From Takakia lepidozioides (Eukaryota > Plantae > Bryophyta): 64,000 nt of DNA. A program made the translations under genes and the position numbers. Shown here piece after piece: positions 35,429 to 48,746 of the stretch. Positions within the stretch are counted from its first letter, which is position 1. Each line of letters starts with the position of its first letter. The notes under the pieces were generated by a model. That model was not told the DNA's origin, ran no database searches, and worked only from the letters and a program-made list of their open reading frames with translations. Location of the stretch: positions 806,001-870,000 of the forward strand of contig CM060734.1 of the NCBI GenBank assembly GCA_030704615.1, in the 5' to 3' direction.

Positions 35429-37113
35429 ATATATCGGACCGACTTTTCTTGTCCTGCCTGGTTTTCAGCAAGCGCTCGAAAAATGATGTTGAAGATATTA
35501 GACCCAAACCCTAAAACTGTAAGTGTACAAGGACCCGCTCGGTTTCACCTATTTCATTTTGCATCTGTGTGTAGCATTCTTCTTTCTGGTATTTCATGGC
35601 AATGGGTGGGGTCATTGTTATCATTACTGTGCAACTCACAATTCTGTATTGGAAAAGCAAAGTCGCGGGTGAAAATATGTTCTTCAATTTTGAAGTTTGT
35701 TGGATGTGGAAAGTTTTTATGTTGGAGCATAATTGTTGTTACTCTAAAAGATCCTTCGTCTCATTGAGTTTCTGTCTTTCGCCACTTGTGCGCTGATCGG
35801 AAGTGTAGCCAGGACAGCCAAGGTTCGGAACCTTGACTTCTGTATTGGCTTTGTTGGGTGGGATGTTGCAGCGGATAACTGCAGCACATATTTACAAGAA
35901 TGACTGGTTTAAGAAGGGTTATTCACCAGCCAAGCTCAAAGAGGAGGATGACATCAAGCTTGATGACATTGATGCGGTTTTCAGTGGGTCAACGGTAAGT
36001 CAGCTATTCTTCAAGCGACTTCGTGTTTTTCAATCAGTTAATAAAGGTGTTATTTAGGTGAGTAGTGCCAGTTTTGTAGAAAAACTTGTGCCGGTAGTCT
36101 GCATCTTGTCGGTTCAAAAATATTTATTCTCATATATGGGTACTAGCTGTGTTTTGGTTGTGTACACCCTGCTGTTTCTTGTTTAAGCATGCATTTACGT
36201 TGAACTGGTGAGGGATGCACGGGCAGTCTTCTGTCTCTTTACAGAATAATCTCCTCCCTAATGGGGGATAACATCATGGCTCTTGTACCATAGAGCTGAG
36301 GGTTTTTATGTTTGGAGAACAGGAGCATATGGTGACAGAAAAGAAGGAGACAAAGCCAGAAATAATGAATGCCTGCGAGCTCATTTCTCTCTCTCATGGA
36401 CTCAACCTTTCTGGCCTCTTTGAGAAGGCTCAGGTATGATGGCAATACTGATATAGTTTCTTTCATCTCTTGTCATAACTCTAAAAGGTTTCGAGGTCAC
36501 GTTTAGTCAGAGTCTGAGATCCATCAACTTAACAAGTTTTTTTTTCCTTGATTATGGAAGACCTAAAGTAGAAGGCAGTTCCAAAAACAATAAAGAGGAG
36601 CAGCATGTACTTTTGAAGGTGTTGGCATCCCTCCATGTGTAAAATCTGGTCCAACTTGTTGCATCTATCATCAGGTAGACTCCTGTAATTCTGTAGTTGC
36701 AGAATTTACATTCTGGATGGAGATGGCATTATGAAGAACAGAAATTTCTGGAGTTGATCTTGGAGAGAATGCAGGATTTGGAGAAGCGGGAAACAAGATT
36801 TACAAGCACAAAACCGGCGAACGAGATCATTACCACAATCGAGGAGGCTGCAAAGCCGCTTGGCTTCAATGTACAGAAACGTAATTACAAGGTTAGTTGG
36901 AAGGAGGAGGCTGGGTGATGTGCAGAGTGATGGTTTTGCTTTGCTTCAACATTAGTGCTGTACCGTTTTCACATGTTGGTACAAGTTTTAAGTGCTATTA
37001 GGAGATCCTTGTGGGCTTGGCTGAGATGGGGTGGGCTCTGTTGTATGTGGTCTCAGATGAAGTTGCAAGGAGATAAACAAGGCAGAAATGGACATCTCTC
37101 AGTGGCCACTGAG
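35429..37113 (+). pseudogene. CIPK: CBL-interacting protein kinase (SnRK3) fragment, five exons: 35429-35518, 35872-35994, 36323-36433, 36775-36891, 37057-37113
   Basis: FSCPAWFS..ILDPNPKT / RIT..NDWFKKGY / PEIMNACELISLSHGLNLSGLFE / KRETRFTS..PLGFNVQKRNYK / MKLQGDKQGRNGHLSVATE; last donor is AT instead of GT; N-terminal kinase exons absent. Confidence 0.92.
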
Positions 37114-38549
37114 ATATGGACTTCTCCTCCGTTGCTGCAAAAATATCTATTTCACAACTAGAAGTTTGTAATACTAGCGCACCAGCTTGATAGGGTCTGA
37201 AAAACTATAGAGTATGTCCCACCTCTAACAACTCTTTTATATGTTCTTCTCCTGTCTCCATGGACCCAAAAGTGCATACCAGCTAACCTGCATAAGGCAC
37301 TACACCTTTGAGGCTTGATATATTCTTCAATTTCAGTAGGTCTGTTGTGTGTTGTTGTGCTGTCCCATTTGTTCTCTGTTCCTCGAGTGCAATTTTTTTT
37401 AGCTCCTTCTTTCTCTCATCCTTTGTGCAAGGGATGGGGTTGGATTTGGTGTTGTTCTACTTTGTTGTACGACGGTGTCCCAACAGCCTTTTGGGCCTTT
37501 GTAGACATTGTGAACTGCTTACCCACAACTGTAGGAGGTACATGGAAGTACCTTTGGAGCAATTGATGAAACCAGCCCCTTAACAGTTGGCCATAGTATA
37601 TGACTATCTACATGCTTACCTTAGTATGATTTACATTTCAGCTGCTTCTGCTCAGTGGCCATTTGTGTATAATGCTTATAAACCCTGGCTGAAGTCTTGC
37701 TGCTCTTGATGGCTCTTCAGGCAAGAATGAACTCTTACAAGGATGCAGCTGTCCATGTTTCTTGAAGCTGTGGAATGGTTGTTTTCTCAACATGGTGGTA
37801 GGTTCTGCTCTTGTTTGATCTTTGAGGACCCTTCTAGTTCGGTGCTGCCATCATTTCTCTTGCATTGTCTTTTCTTTGTCTCAAGCTCTCTCTGAGCTTT
37901 GTGTGGACATTGTTACATCTTAGACAATCCCTTAATCAACAGTCGTTGTTGTTGACTTTGTCTTCTCCTTTGTAAGGGTGTAGTTCATGGAATTTTGACA
38001 GATTTTGGAGGTGAGGCTGACAGGGAGCTCTAGTTGTGGAATAAGTGCTAACTACTGGCCCCTAAAAGTATTAGATAAGAATTGTACGGGCACCATGGAA
38101 GGGGTCTGGTTGTCCGTGGCTGCCAGTGGTGGGAAATGCGTTGGTGAGTGCTGAGATTCCATGAGTGTTGCAAGCTGCTCCACCTTCAGTCTTGTCCTTT
38201 CAAGCTTGTGCATGTCCACCATTGGTATGCAGCTTGCCTCTACTTTCTTCATTCTGTCTGCAGAGATATCTGGAACCTGTAGTTGCATTCAGATGGTGTA
38301 GAAGGAGAATAACAGTCACAATGCCTTGCTTTAGAAGGTTGTATTACTGGATGCATATCCACTGCAGCTTTTAGGGTTGATTGTCAAGTTAAGGGAGAGT
38401 GGTTGCACACAATCGTAGGGCTCAATGAAGCTGATCTCTTGACAGCACATCGAGAGAATCGTGTGAGTGTCGTTGGTCGGCTGTCCAAAATTCGATTGAA
38501 AGGCACATTTGCACTTAGCCCTGTCTCTGAAATTGTAGGTTACAATGCA

Positions 38550-41500
38550 GCTTAGATAGTTTGATTCAAGTTAGTTTGCGTATATTTTAGTCGCCGCCAT
38601 TGAATGCAAAACATTGACCACAAAACTAACTTTGACAATGTTCGTGGTTCACGATCTCGTTTCAAAATATTTCATTTTTCCTATTCTCGGTTTCAATGCC
38701 AGTTGCAAATGAAGATTGTTACTGAATATTATATATTAATTTTGTTGTTGAATTGTTGTTATCTTCTTATTGAAAAAATAATGTTTGGTAATATGCAAAA
38801 ACAATTCAGCTTTTCAAAATCTTTAGTTTTATTCAGATCTTAGGTCCCTTTATGTCCCTTAAGATCCATCAATTTATATACTGTTTTTATCTTCTTGGAG
38901 TTCTTAAATACCATTGGAAAAAACACTGTAATAAATCGATAAATTTATACCATAAGTAAAGTATACACATTTATCAATCATCAATTCTTCTTAAATTTGT
39001 TTATATATAAATAAATGTAGGTGATTTTGTATTTTAGATTAAACAATTTTCCCTGTGTAAGTAATGACCACATTTTTCCAACTTTTCAAAAGCTTTAGAT
39101 TTTTTCAGATCTCAGATCCCTTCAGGTCCCTTTAGATCCATCATTTTATTTACAAATCAAGAACTAACTTTTTTAAAACAACTAAGTTGCAATTGAAGAA
39201 CTATTTTAAAAAAAAACTATATGTAATTTTTTTCAGATCTTCAGATCCCTTCAGATCCCTTTAGATCCATCAATTTTATATATCATTTGACATCCACTAA
39301 TATTTACGATACAAAATCACATTTAAAAAAAAAACATATACTCTTAAGGTTTTCATAATTATTTATCATATGCCTTTATATAATATAATTTATAATTTAT
39401 AATTCTGACTCATGATGAGCTATATTTTGATATCTTATTATTAATAATATATATCTTCACCACCTATTTTTTTATGCGATATCATTTATAGTGAATCAAA
39501 TCTAACTAAAATTAATAAATCATAATAGAAAAAAACTTGTAATCATTTATTACTCAGATACATATTTTATACTCAAATCATTTTTGAACATGATATAGAT
39601 TTTGTCTTGCATTCTAAAAATCTCGAACGAGTAAAAAAATATCCATATATCGTCGGTGATTGTTTGTTTGACTCTATTACATTTTTATTGGAGTATGCGT
39701 ATGCATCCAAAGAGTTGCGACAACAAAGCATGACTTATTTCTTACAGAATTATCAAACCTCAAATAACGATATGTTGGAGATGGTTCAAATATATTTTTC
39801 TCAAGAAATTCTTTTTGAATTACACGGCGTCCATACTTTCCAAGAACATATGGATAGAATGGCTTTGAGTGTTGAAAATGGGGGTCTAGAAGGTGACAAT
39901 CGCACTATATTATGTTTGGCCAATTATTTGCAAAGACGAATATTAGTTTGGTCAAATACAACAAAAATAATTATGGTATCAGCAGCGATGAGTTTGTTTC
40001 GCAAACCCCACTTCAAATACTTTTCTCTACTTCTCCTATTTTGTCAAGTAAAAGTGGTCATTACGAGCCGATCATCTCTCGTCTCTCAACATCGAGTCCC
40101 CATATGTGAGGATATATCAACAGTGATCCCAACACATACTCGAAATGACACCCATCAAAGCTGTGATCGCAATTGTTTAGAAGTTCATCCAAACATTGCA
40201 AACCATGTGACAACCACTAATTTTCAATTATCTATAGACAATAATGAATATATGAACGTTCATACTAAACCAACACATGTTAAATGGTTATCTATTCATG
40301 ACAATTTCATGTTTAATTTAATGGAAAATTATCCTTCTTCCACTCTCAAACACATAGCAGAAATTTTTGCAATACAACAAATAAATTTACAACTATCGTT
40401 CTCTCAAATCTACTCTCACCTAAAGTATATCATCCAAAAATGAAGAAATGTTGCAAAATATATTGATAGTTCAATAATACAACTTGACAATATATCAAAC
40501 ACTGTACAACCAAGTAACGAGAACTCTGCCTCCACTCCAATTTCAGTCTCAAATGTTGATGAAGAAGTCAGTTCAAACTCATCATATAATCATAAATACC
40601 AATATACTGAAAAATTGCTTGATAGTTCAATACATCCATGCATGTATTGTCATAGACTATGTTTCAAAAAACAAATATCCAAACTTACAAAAACAATTCA
40701 AAGAAAAACTTAATATTTATAATTCTGAAAAAATGATATTATAAATAATACAAACGAACAAATATTTATATGTCGAAGTTGTAAATTACTACATGCTAAG
40801 GTTGAAATTCCTAAATACCAAGTAGCAAGTCAAATATCACTCAATAAATCGATAGATTCTGTTCATAATTAAGCCAATTAGAAGAAAGACTAATAGCACC
40901 GCGTATCGCTTTTGCACAAATATACCAATTACAAGGGTATGGACAGTACGGACTCCGTGGTAGTATAATTAATGTTCCATCTAATGTAAATCAAACACAA
41001 ATGGTTTTACCTCGTCTACCGCATGACGAGGCTACAATTGGTTTGCTTCTAAAACGTCGTCTCGAATACAAATCTCCGTACTTATCAGGCAATGTTCGTC
41101 CTAACTCTATCATGAGTGCTTTGTATGATCTCGTCAATACACCATTATACATAGAAAATCATGTCACTATTCGTCCACAATGGTCAAGTCTATTCGCCAC
41201 GTCTCAACAAATACAAGAACAACTATCAACAGACGATTGCGATCTTCCAATAGACTTTCAAGAACATTCCACGGTCAATTTCAAAGAAGTCGAAGAAAAT
41301 GTAGTAACCGATACATTAGTTCAATATATCCTAAATTATGAACAAAATTCAAATATATGACGATGATATTTTGACTGTCGCACCTAGTCAAGATTTTAAA
41401 CCACTGGGTCTTTTCTACGATATCTATAGCGAAGAATTAAATTTTCCAACTCTATTTTTTGGTTTTCCTCGTCAAAAATCTAATTGTTCGAAATTATCTT

Positions 41501-42625
41501 ATCAAGTAATAGCAAAATGGGAACTCTTGCATAAAGACCACAATTTTGCCGCTCGCATTCCTAACCTATTTTTCAAAGCAATTAAGGTAATGATACATGC
41601 AGTCACGTGTCATCATCTTGGATACGCATTCGGAAAGACAAACTTCAAGGTAGACAATTAAAAGCACAAGACCTAACTAACAAACCTAATTTAGATAAAT
41701 TATTGCATTTCAGATTTGGGTTATAGAGATTTAGAAAGACTACGAACATCACCTAATTATTTGGCTCGATTACGCAAAGATGCTTTCGCAATGATTCAAC
41801 AATTAGGACCGCCTACATTTTTTGTCACATTCACAAGCGCGGAAAGCAAATGACAACCATTATTAAAATCACGAAAGACTAGAAATTCCGAATAGCCTAG
41901 ATCATTTATAACCTAATGTCGCTGAATTGATTCAATCAGATCCTGTTACTTGTGCACGTTACTACGATCACAGAATGGGAGCATTTAGAGATTTATGTAA
42001 AAGAGATCCAAGTATTTTTGGTCCCGTACAAGACTACTTCTTTGTCACTGAATTTCAAAGCAGAGGAAGTGAACATGACCACGGTATGTTATGGATAGCA
42101 AATGCACCATTCTATGGCAAAAATAGTAATGACGAAATCACAACCTTCCTAGATAATTATATTACATGTGACAATGATCTTAGGAAAAGAAAATCAAGTG
42201 GTATGTCGTTTTCATTATCCATTACCTCCCATGCATTCAACTGTGATTTTAGAACATTTTCAACACGACTGAGATGACAATGATACAAGACGATATGCAA
42301 AAATAGCAAACGATATATTTGATACACTAAATAAAATGGATGCGAATACAAATATTTCATTCGACGAATTATTACATTATTTAATTTAGAAATGGACACA
42401 TATATAAGAATTTTACAGAGTCGATTGAAAAAACCAACAATATTTTTAAAAAGAGCATGTTAAGATATTCGTACAAATGCTTTTAGCAATCAGGCGGGCA
42501 ATCTTTGGCAAGCCAATACTGACACACAATTTATACTCGATCCATATGTTGCAGCCAGTTATTGTACATCTTATCTAACAAAAGTGGACAAAACTATTAC
42601 AAACGAATTTCGGATTATAATAAAT
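38550..42625 (+). mobile_element. Degenerate rolling-circle transposon (Helentron/Helitron2-type): OTU-like protease and Rep; truncated before the helicase; left boundary approximate
   Basis: GDCLFDSI..GHY; EERLIAPR..INVP; EELNFPTLF; LGPPTFFVTFTSAE; SDPVTCARYY; EFQSRGSEHDHGMLW; ANTDTQFILDPY..SYCTSYLTK; sharply AT-rich. Confidence 0.88.
38833..39275 (+). repeat. Three AGATC..GGTCCCTT..GATCCATCA subterminal-type repeats
   Basis: Copies near 38835, 39107 and 39236. Confidence 0.7.
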
Positions 42626-42718
42626 GTTGGCCCGACGGCCAGGTTGGGAGTCAGGCGCGCGCATCAAAGCGAGTAACTATGACTTGAGGGGGAGCTTACC
42701 GAAGTGAGGTGCGCGACA
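42626..42718 (+). repeat. 93-bp 3'-terminal LTR fragment of the chromovirus family
   Basis: Matches 2247-2338 and ends GCGCGACA. Confidence 0.92.
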
Positions 42719-42720
42719 TT

Positions 42721-43800
42721 GGTTTTCTGGTGAACCACATGAAAACCCCGAATATCATGTCAAAATTTTTGTTCAAAGTTGTTACTCCAATCAAGCTTCG
42801 AATAATGCATATTGGTTGATCTGGTTCCCTACGACCTTAAGGGGAAAGACATTGACTTGGTATTGGCAGCAACCTGGGGGTTCATTTCAACATTGGACTC
42901 AAATTCGGGATGTTCCTAAATCATTTCAGAGCAGTATATCAGTTTACAAGTGTTTTTATGGTCATTGCCAAAATTAGATAGGGACCAAATGAGGAAGTTC
43001 ATGTTTGTGAAACGCGCTTCAAAGAGCTGATGCGATTGCAAAATCCTGTAACACCCTTGGATGATGGGGTTCTGAAAGATTGTTTTATGAGTGGGTTACG
43101 AGAGGATATTCACTTGTTTGTGTTGCAAAAGAGACCTGCTACACTAGCAGATGCAATCAACTCAGGAAAAGAACATGACAACATGCATCGTCAGGTACAA
43201 CGTGAGAAGATGCCAGAGATGACGCTTCTTTCGTACATTGCAGTTAATCCAACGATTGCAGTTTCGGGAACGTCTCCTCCTCCCTATTACAGACCGACAA
43301 TGACTGGAGGGATGATTCATGCTGCCACGATGTCACCTGCAATGCCTTTGGTGGCCACCACCACTTCCTCAGCTCCATCAATACATTTTCAACCAGTTCC
43401 TGCTGAATCATATACACGGGATCCACTAGCATTGGTCGGATGGGACATTTGGATAAACAACTAACATCTGTGCTGAGAGCTGTTGATTCCATGGGGGACA
43501 TAGTAAGTGCCATCGGTCAGCTGGTTTCTAGTTATGTCCATCATAGGGATACTCAAGTTCCATTAGCTGAGATAAGTCATAATGCGTCCAAATTATGGTG
43601 CTATAATTGTCGAGGGTCAGGGCATGATCCCCAACATTGTCCCAACCCTATCCGGAAAGGGAATCTCCTCCAGTCCAGAAACCTCCACTAGGACAGGGAT
43701 AGTTATCCGTCGTGTGAGAAGTGTGGTCGGTCCAGTCACAAAACAGAAGATTGTTGGAGAGATGTCACACGTCTTCATTGTGGACTAGGTCATCCTTGGA
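42721..43800 (+). pseudogene. gag: Degenerate gag of a different LTR retrotransposon, two zinc knuckles
   Basis: FSGEPHENPEYHV, FPTTLRGKTLTWY, FMSGLREDI..PATLADAI, CYNCRGSGHDPQHC, CEKCGRSSHKTEDC. Confidence 0.8.
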
Positions 43801-44654
43801 GCGCTGCCGAGCGAGAAATGTTGAGAGGCCAAAACCAACAACCCAATGATAAGTTGACCAGAATCTACGGGTCAAAGAGCGCGAGGGTAGCTACCGTGTG
43901 AGCAGCTCACATGAGCACGCTCACATTTTGCACACTAATCAGCAGAATCCCTTAAGCGTGAGCACATTGTAAGCGTGAGCAGATTAGGGAAACGGAGCCT
44001 ACAGCCGAGGTAATGTAGGGCCTATTGCCGTGGACGCAAACACTTCTGAATGGAAATTCACGTAGGTGGCCAGGACCAAAGATGCTCCATGCATACAATG
44101 TGGGATGAATATGTGATGAAAAACTGCCGAATGAAAAAAACATGGATGAATTAGAAGTGAAGGGATGAATGATGGATGAATGTGAAATGAAAATCCGCAC
44201 TGATTAATGGAGCATGGATGGACTGAAATAAGATTGATTGTACGACAAACACGACAAACACGGAAAATTCTAAACCCAGGAAAACACGGGAAACCCTAAC
44301 CACAAACACTGATCCCGCAACCCAAACTCCAAACCCCCAAGGCAAACCATAAGCCTAAAAGCCAAGCCCGCACTGATAAACCCCAAACCCCAAACCCCAA
44401 AGAATAAACGGAAACCACACACCCAGAACGGTAACCCTAATTCGTGAAAGTGTACCTTACAGAATAAACCCCAACCAGCGACAATATAGAAGAGGTGGAG
44501 AACCGAAGCGAAAGGTGGCTTAAATTTAGAAGAATAGGTGGAAAAAATTCAAGTGTCGTAAAGAAGCTCAACAGAAATTGTATGTGTTGTTGAGTTTAAA
44601 TAAGTGTATTTTAATTTGGCCGAAGCTTCATTCCAGCCCAAAAGACCAGCCAAA

Positions 44655-45135
44655 TTAAGCTAGCGTCAACGCCACCTTAATCTGGCACATTCGGGGAAAA
44701 AACCAAAAAAACCAAAAGAAAAAAAAAGAAAAACGGATTTTTTGGTTTTTTTTTTTTTTTGGTTGCTGCTTTTCTGTTTTTCAATATCCTTCTGCTTAGA
44801 GGGGTGGAGATTAAGCTGGCATCAACGCCATCTTAATCCAGACCCAGACAGACAGACAGGTAGACAAGTAGACAGACAAACAGACAGGGTTCTTGACTGG
44901 TTTCTGCTTTTCTATTTGTCAATTTCTTTGTGCTTAGAGAGGTGGAGATTAAGCTGGCGTCAACGCCATCTTAATCCAGACATGTAGGCAGACAGAGAGG
45001 TACACAAACAGACAAACAGACAAATACACAAACAGACGGTAGGACTTCAGTGGTTACTTCTTTTCTGTTTTTCCTTGAGCTTAGAGGGGTGGAGATTAAG
45101 CTGGCATCAGCGCCATCTTAATCCAGACCCAGACA
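44655..45135 (+). repeat. Four hairpin repeats TTAAGCTGGCGTCAACGCCATCTTAA with CAGA-rich tails
   Basis: Starts at 44655, 44811, 44949 and 45096. Confidence 0.9.
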
Positions 45136-45315
45136 TGTAGCCATTCAGACATATCACTCTATTTTCATCCAGATTTTTATTGGTACTCTGAATGGTTTAC
45201 CAATTCTCAAAGTTTACACAAGACGAGCAAAATCTACACACGGGGTAACTGTCCCCCCTTTGCAGAACGGTTGGCTGTCCAGGAGCAATCTTAAGCTACC
45301 TAGACGACAAACAAT

Positions 45316-47320
45316 TCACATGCAAAGGGCTGGCTTGCGGCTGGCCACTTTCAACTTCTCAGGGCTGATTAACCAAAGGAAACAACTCATATCTGTGCTG
45401 GGCAAGAAACATGGGAAACGTCGGATAAATTGGTTGGAGATGTCATTGGTTATAAATGGGCAGGTAAGATGTGTACTCTCAAGGCAGCCTCTGCCAAACG
45501 CGGTCAAAAAGGGGTTGGATTCTTTGTCCCTGATTTCTTGTTTGACAATTGTGAAATTATCAACAAGGGTTTGAGGTATGAGCATAGTATCTGGCTAAAG
45601 CTGAAACTGAAGGGCGGGCATGAGTACGAAGGACCTCTTTGTGGGTTGTGTTTACATGCCCACAGAGGGGACCCTTAGTGTGACGCAGACAAAGCCTTTG
45701 AAGATGTAAAGCTAGACTGTGCTTCGTTCCTTGCCAAAGGTCAATTGATTTTATTGGGTGACTTCAATGCCCGGGTGGGTAAAGGTCTCCATCAGGATGA
45801 TATCATTCGGCCTTTTGGTGAGGACGAGCTGAACTCTAATGGCAGATGGTTAATTAACTGTCTGGAAGAGCTTTAGCTTCTGGCCTTGAACAATAGAGCA
45901 AAAGGTGACCAAGTGCAGTGGACTCGTGAGAAAGCCCACACTGGGGAACATTCCATTGTGGATTATATCATAATGGACAAAAATTTGTTTCCCCAGAGTG
46001 CCGATGTGTTGATCGACAGAACTGATATTGGTACCTCTGACCACTTCCTGGTTTGGACTGAGATCAAAAGGTGTTTTCTCAACACCAAGAGATCTGTGAA
46101 ACGTTCGATTCGAAAATGGCGCCTAGAAAAATTCCATAAATGAAGAGGTCAAGGCTGAGTATGTCCAGGCCTTGCAAGAGGCTCTTCCTCATTTTGTCCA
46201 TTCGCTCCAAGACCTTCAGTCTCGCGCTGACAATGCAAGAAATGAAGTCGAAAGAGCAGTGGATTCTTGGGAGAGTTTCGTCTCCTCTGCGGCTGACAAG
46301 ATCATTGGGAGGAAACTAATTGTCTGCAGTAGAGCTGTTAATTGGTGGACCAATGAGATTAAACTCAAGATAGCTGAGAGACGAGTCATTTATAAAGAGT
46401 GCTGCAATTTGAAAACCAACAAAGAATTGTGGGCGAGGTACTACCAGATCCGTAAAGATATCAATCTGCTTGTAAGGGCTCAGAAGAAATTATACTGGGA
46501 CAAGTTATACAGTGAAATAAACTCAAACCACCATGGTGGTAATGACAAGAGATTCTGGTTGGCCCTTCAACGCTTGTACAAGCCAAAAAGCTGTCGACTA
46601 CTAAGGGTGCAGTGGTAACTTCACCGGTTGACATTGTCAAAACCTTTGAAACCCACTACAGTATCCTTGGCAGAACTTCTAGGTCTAACAGTGAGGGGTC
46701 CTCTGATGAATGGAAGGACACAGTTGGTAAAACTGTTCCTATGATTAAAAACAGCCCTGATGATCTGGAGTATATTTCAAAAGCCTACAACGCTCCCATT
46801 AGTTCTTCTGAGATTGCGGAAGCAATTGAACATCTAAATGGATATAAAGCAGGTGGTCCTGATGGCATAGTCAACGAGCTTATCAAGCACGGTGGCGATC
46901 CCATGATAGAGGCCCTAGTTCTCCTCTTTAACCTTATCTGGAAGACTGAAATGATCCCATTTCGCTGGCGACAGGGGTCATTGTCAATCTGTATAAGAAG
47001 GGTGACAGAGAAGACCCGGGGAACTATCGTGGCATCACGCTCCTCAATGTTGTTGGCAAGATATTTTGCAGAGTTATAAGTACTTGTCTCGAGGTTGATC
47101 TGGAATCTAGAGGTTGTTTTCACGAAGGAAGAAGGGAAACCCACTTATGTTTTTTTATTGGATGTCAAAAAGGCTTATGACACAGTTTGGAGAGATGGAG
47201 TTGTGTCACTGTTAATGGACACAAGTCTAACTTCTTTGACATAGACCAAGGTGTAGCTCAAGGATGTACCCTCTCCCCTTTGCTCTTCAATGTTTTCATC
47301 AATCAACTTCTCTGAGGATG
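45316..47320 (+). mobile_element. LINE family 2: APE endonuclease and RT pseudogene with frameshifts and internal deletions
   Basis: LATFNFSGL, KGVGFFV, LLGDFNARVG, SIVDYII, SDHFLVW; KAGGPDGI, NYRGITLL, DVKKAYDTVWRDG, QGCTLSPLLFNVFIN. Confidence 0.92.
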
Positions 47321-48129
47321 TGGAATGTGAGGGATTTGGATTTCGCGGATGCCACCTATTTCCGCGGAACTGTAGGCGACTACCATGCCCTAGATTTGCC
47401 AACTTTATTTTCCGAGAAGTCTCCTCCCTCATCCAAATCTTGGTCAGATGAGAAATCAAGGGTGATTTGTGGATGGTTTTTGACCACGGGCACAAGATAT
47501 TTCAGAGAGTACAATGTCATGTTGCTTAATGATCACGAAGGAGAATGAGTTTGTTCTAATGAAGTTCCTTCACCCAATTCACATCCACTTTTCATTGATA
47601 TTCGTTCTCCAGACAAACACCAGAAAATCCCTAAAGCATCTTTGCGGTTTATGAAAAAACATGGTAGCATAACAGGTCGGCAACACTTGCAATGCAAGAT
47701 ACCATTTATTAACACAAGGTTCAACAAACTCCATTAACTGCTCGAGGTTCCAAAGGAACCACTTTCTGACACGGTAGTAATGTCATCTACATATACGCTA
47801 GCCTATCTGCCCCGTTCTTTTCTGCCAAGTCCCCCATAGAGAGGGGAGCTTGATTGCTGGGACATCACACGTGCGCATGCTTCGCGTAAACAGGCAACTG
47901 GTATCCACGGGGCGGACTTGGAGTCAAGTTGTATCCCTGGTAACCGAAGGATGTCGCCGATGGATGGTGCCGCACTCTGCAACGGACCAACCGGAATCGT
48001 GTTAGAAGTCACAATTGCGAAATCAGCAATTGAAGGAATCATTTGTATCAAGGTGGGGAAGAATCAATGGAATGCAATACCGGTTTGCTCGACAACAAAC
48101 ACGACTTACTCACACTCAAAATCAGAGTC

Positions 48130-48445
48130 CATGTCAGATCTTCGTCAGGAACGTCGGCCTCCTCGAAAACTGCCTCCGTGCGGGGGGCTGATGTTGAGCC
48201 CGATGCAAGCTGTTCAAGCTCGCAGGAGAAAAGCTCTGCATCCCCCTCCATGCCGAAGAAGTGCCTACCGGCACTTTTGCAGGCATGGAAAGAAGCTCCT
48301 GCAAACCCAGCATCAACGAAAAGGTGAACCAGGTTCCACAAAAACAAATTGAAGCTTTCACAATTCTGCTTTCACAAACAAGTTTAGGGCCCCACCTGTG
48401 CCCATAGACAAGTCCACCACCCGCCCACCGTGCCGGCTGCATGTC
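48130..48445 (-). pseudogene. SAM-binding C-terminal module of an N6/N4 DNA methyltransferase-like protein (module 2), intron 48299-48395
   Basis: Spliced reading CSRHGGRVVDLSMGTG/ASFHACKSAGRHFFGMEGDAELF. Confidence 0.75.
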
Positions 48446-48746
48446 GCTGGCGTCTTATAGCAGGCTCAAAGTTCACAGGCCTACAGGTCTTTTGCCGAGA
48501 CATAATGCTGGCTGCCTCCGCATAGACTGGCAGCACTTAGTCTTGGGGAGGACTTGAAATCTGTGCATACAGCTCTGCAAGCGCCTTTGGTGGACTTGAT
48601 CCAAACGAACTCCTGCAAAACATAAACAAGAAATAGCTGTGAGGACTCTGCCAAAATAGAAGCCTAAACACAGTTTCGGAATCTCCAGAATCACAGAAGA
48701 CACATGCAACACCCTCAATGTGGATGGATTCGAAATCAGGGTGGAC

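Noticed and set aside
44270-44475. Interstitial telomere (AAACCCT/AAACCCC motifs)
   Set aside because: Scattered and degenerate, not tandem TTTAGGG.
44655-45135. CRISPR array
   Set aside because: Spacers are over 110 bp, resemble each other and contain microsatellite; there are no cas genes and the context is eukaryotic.
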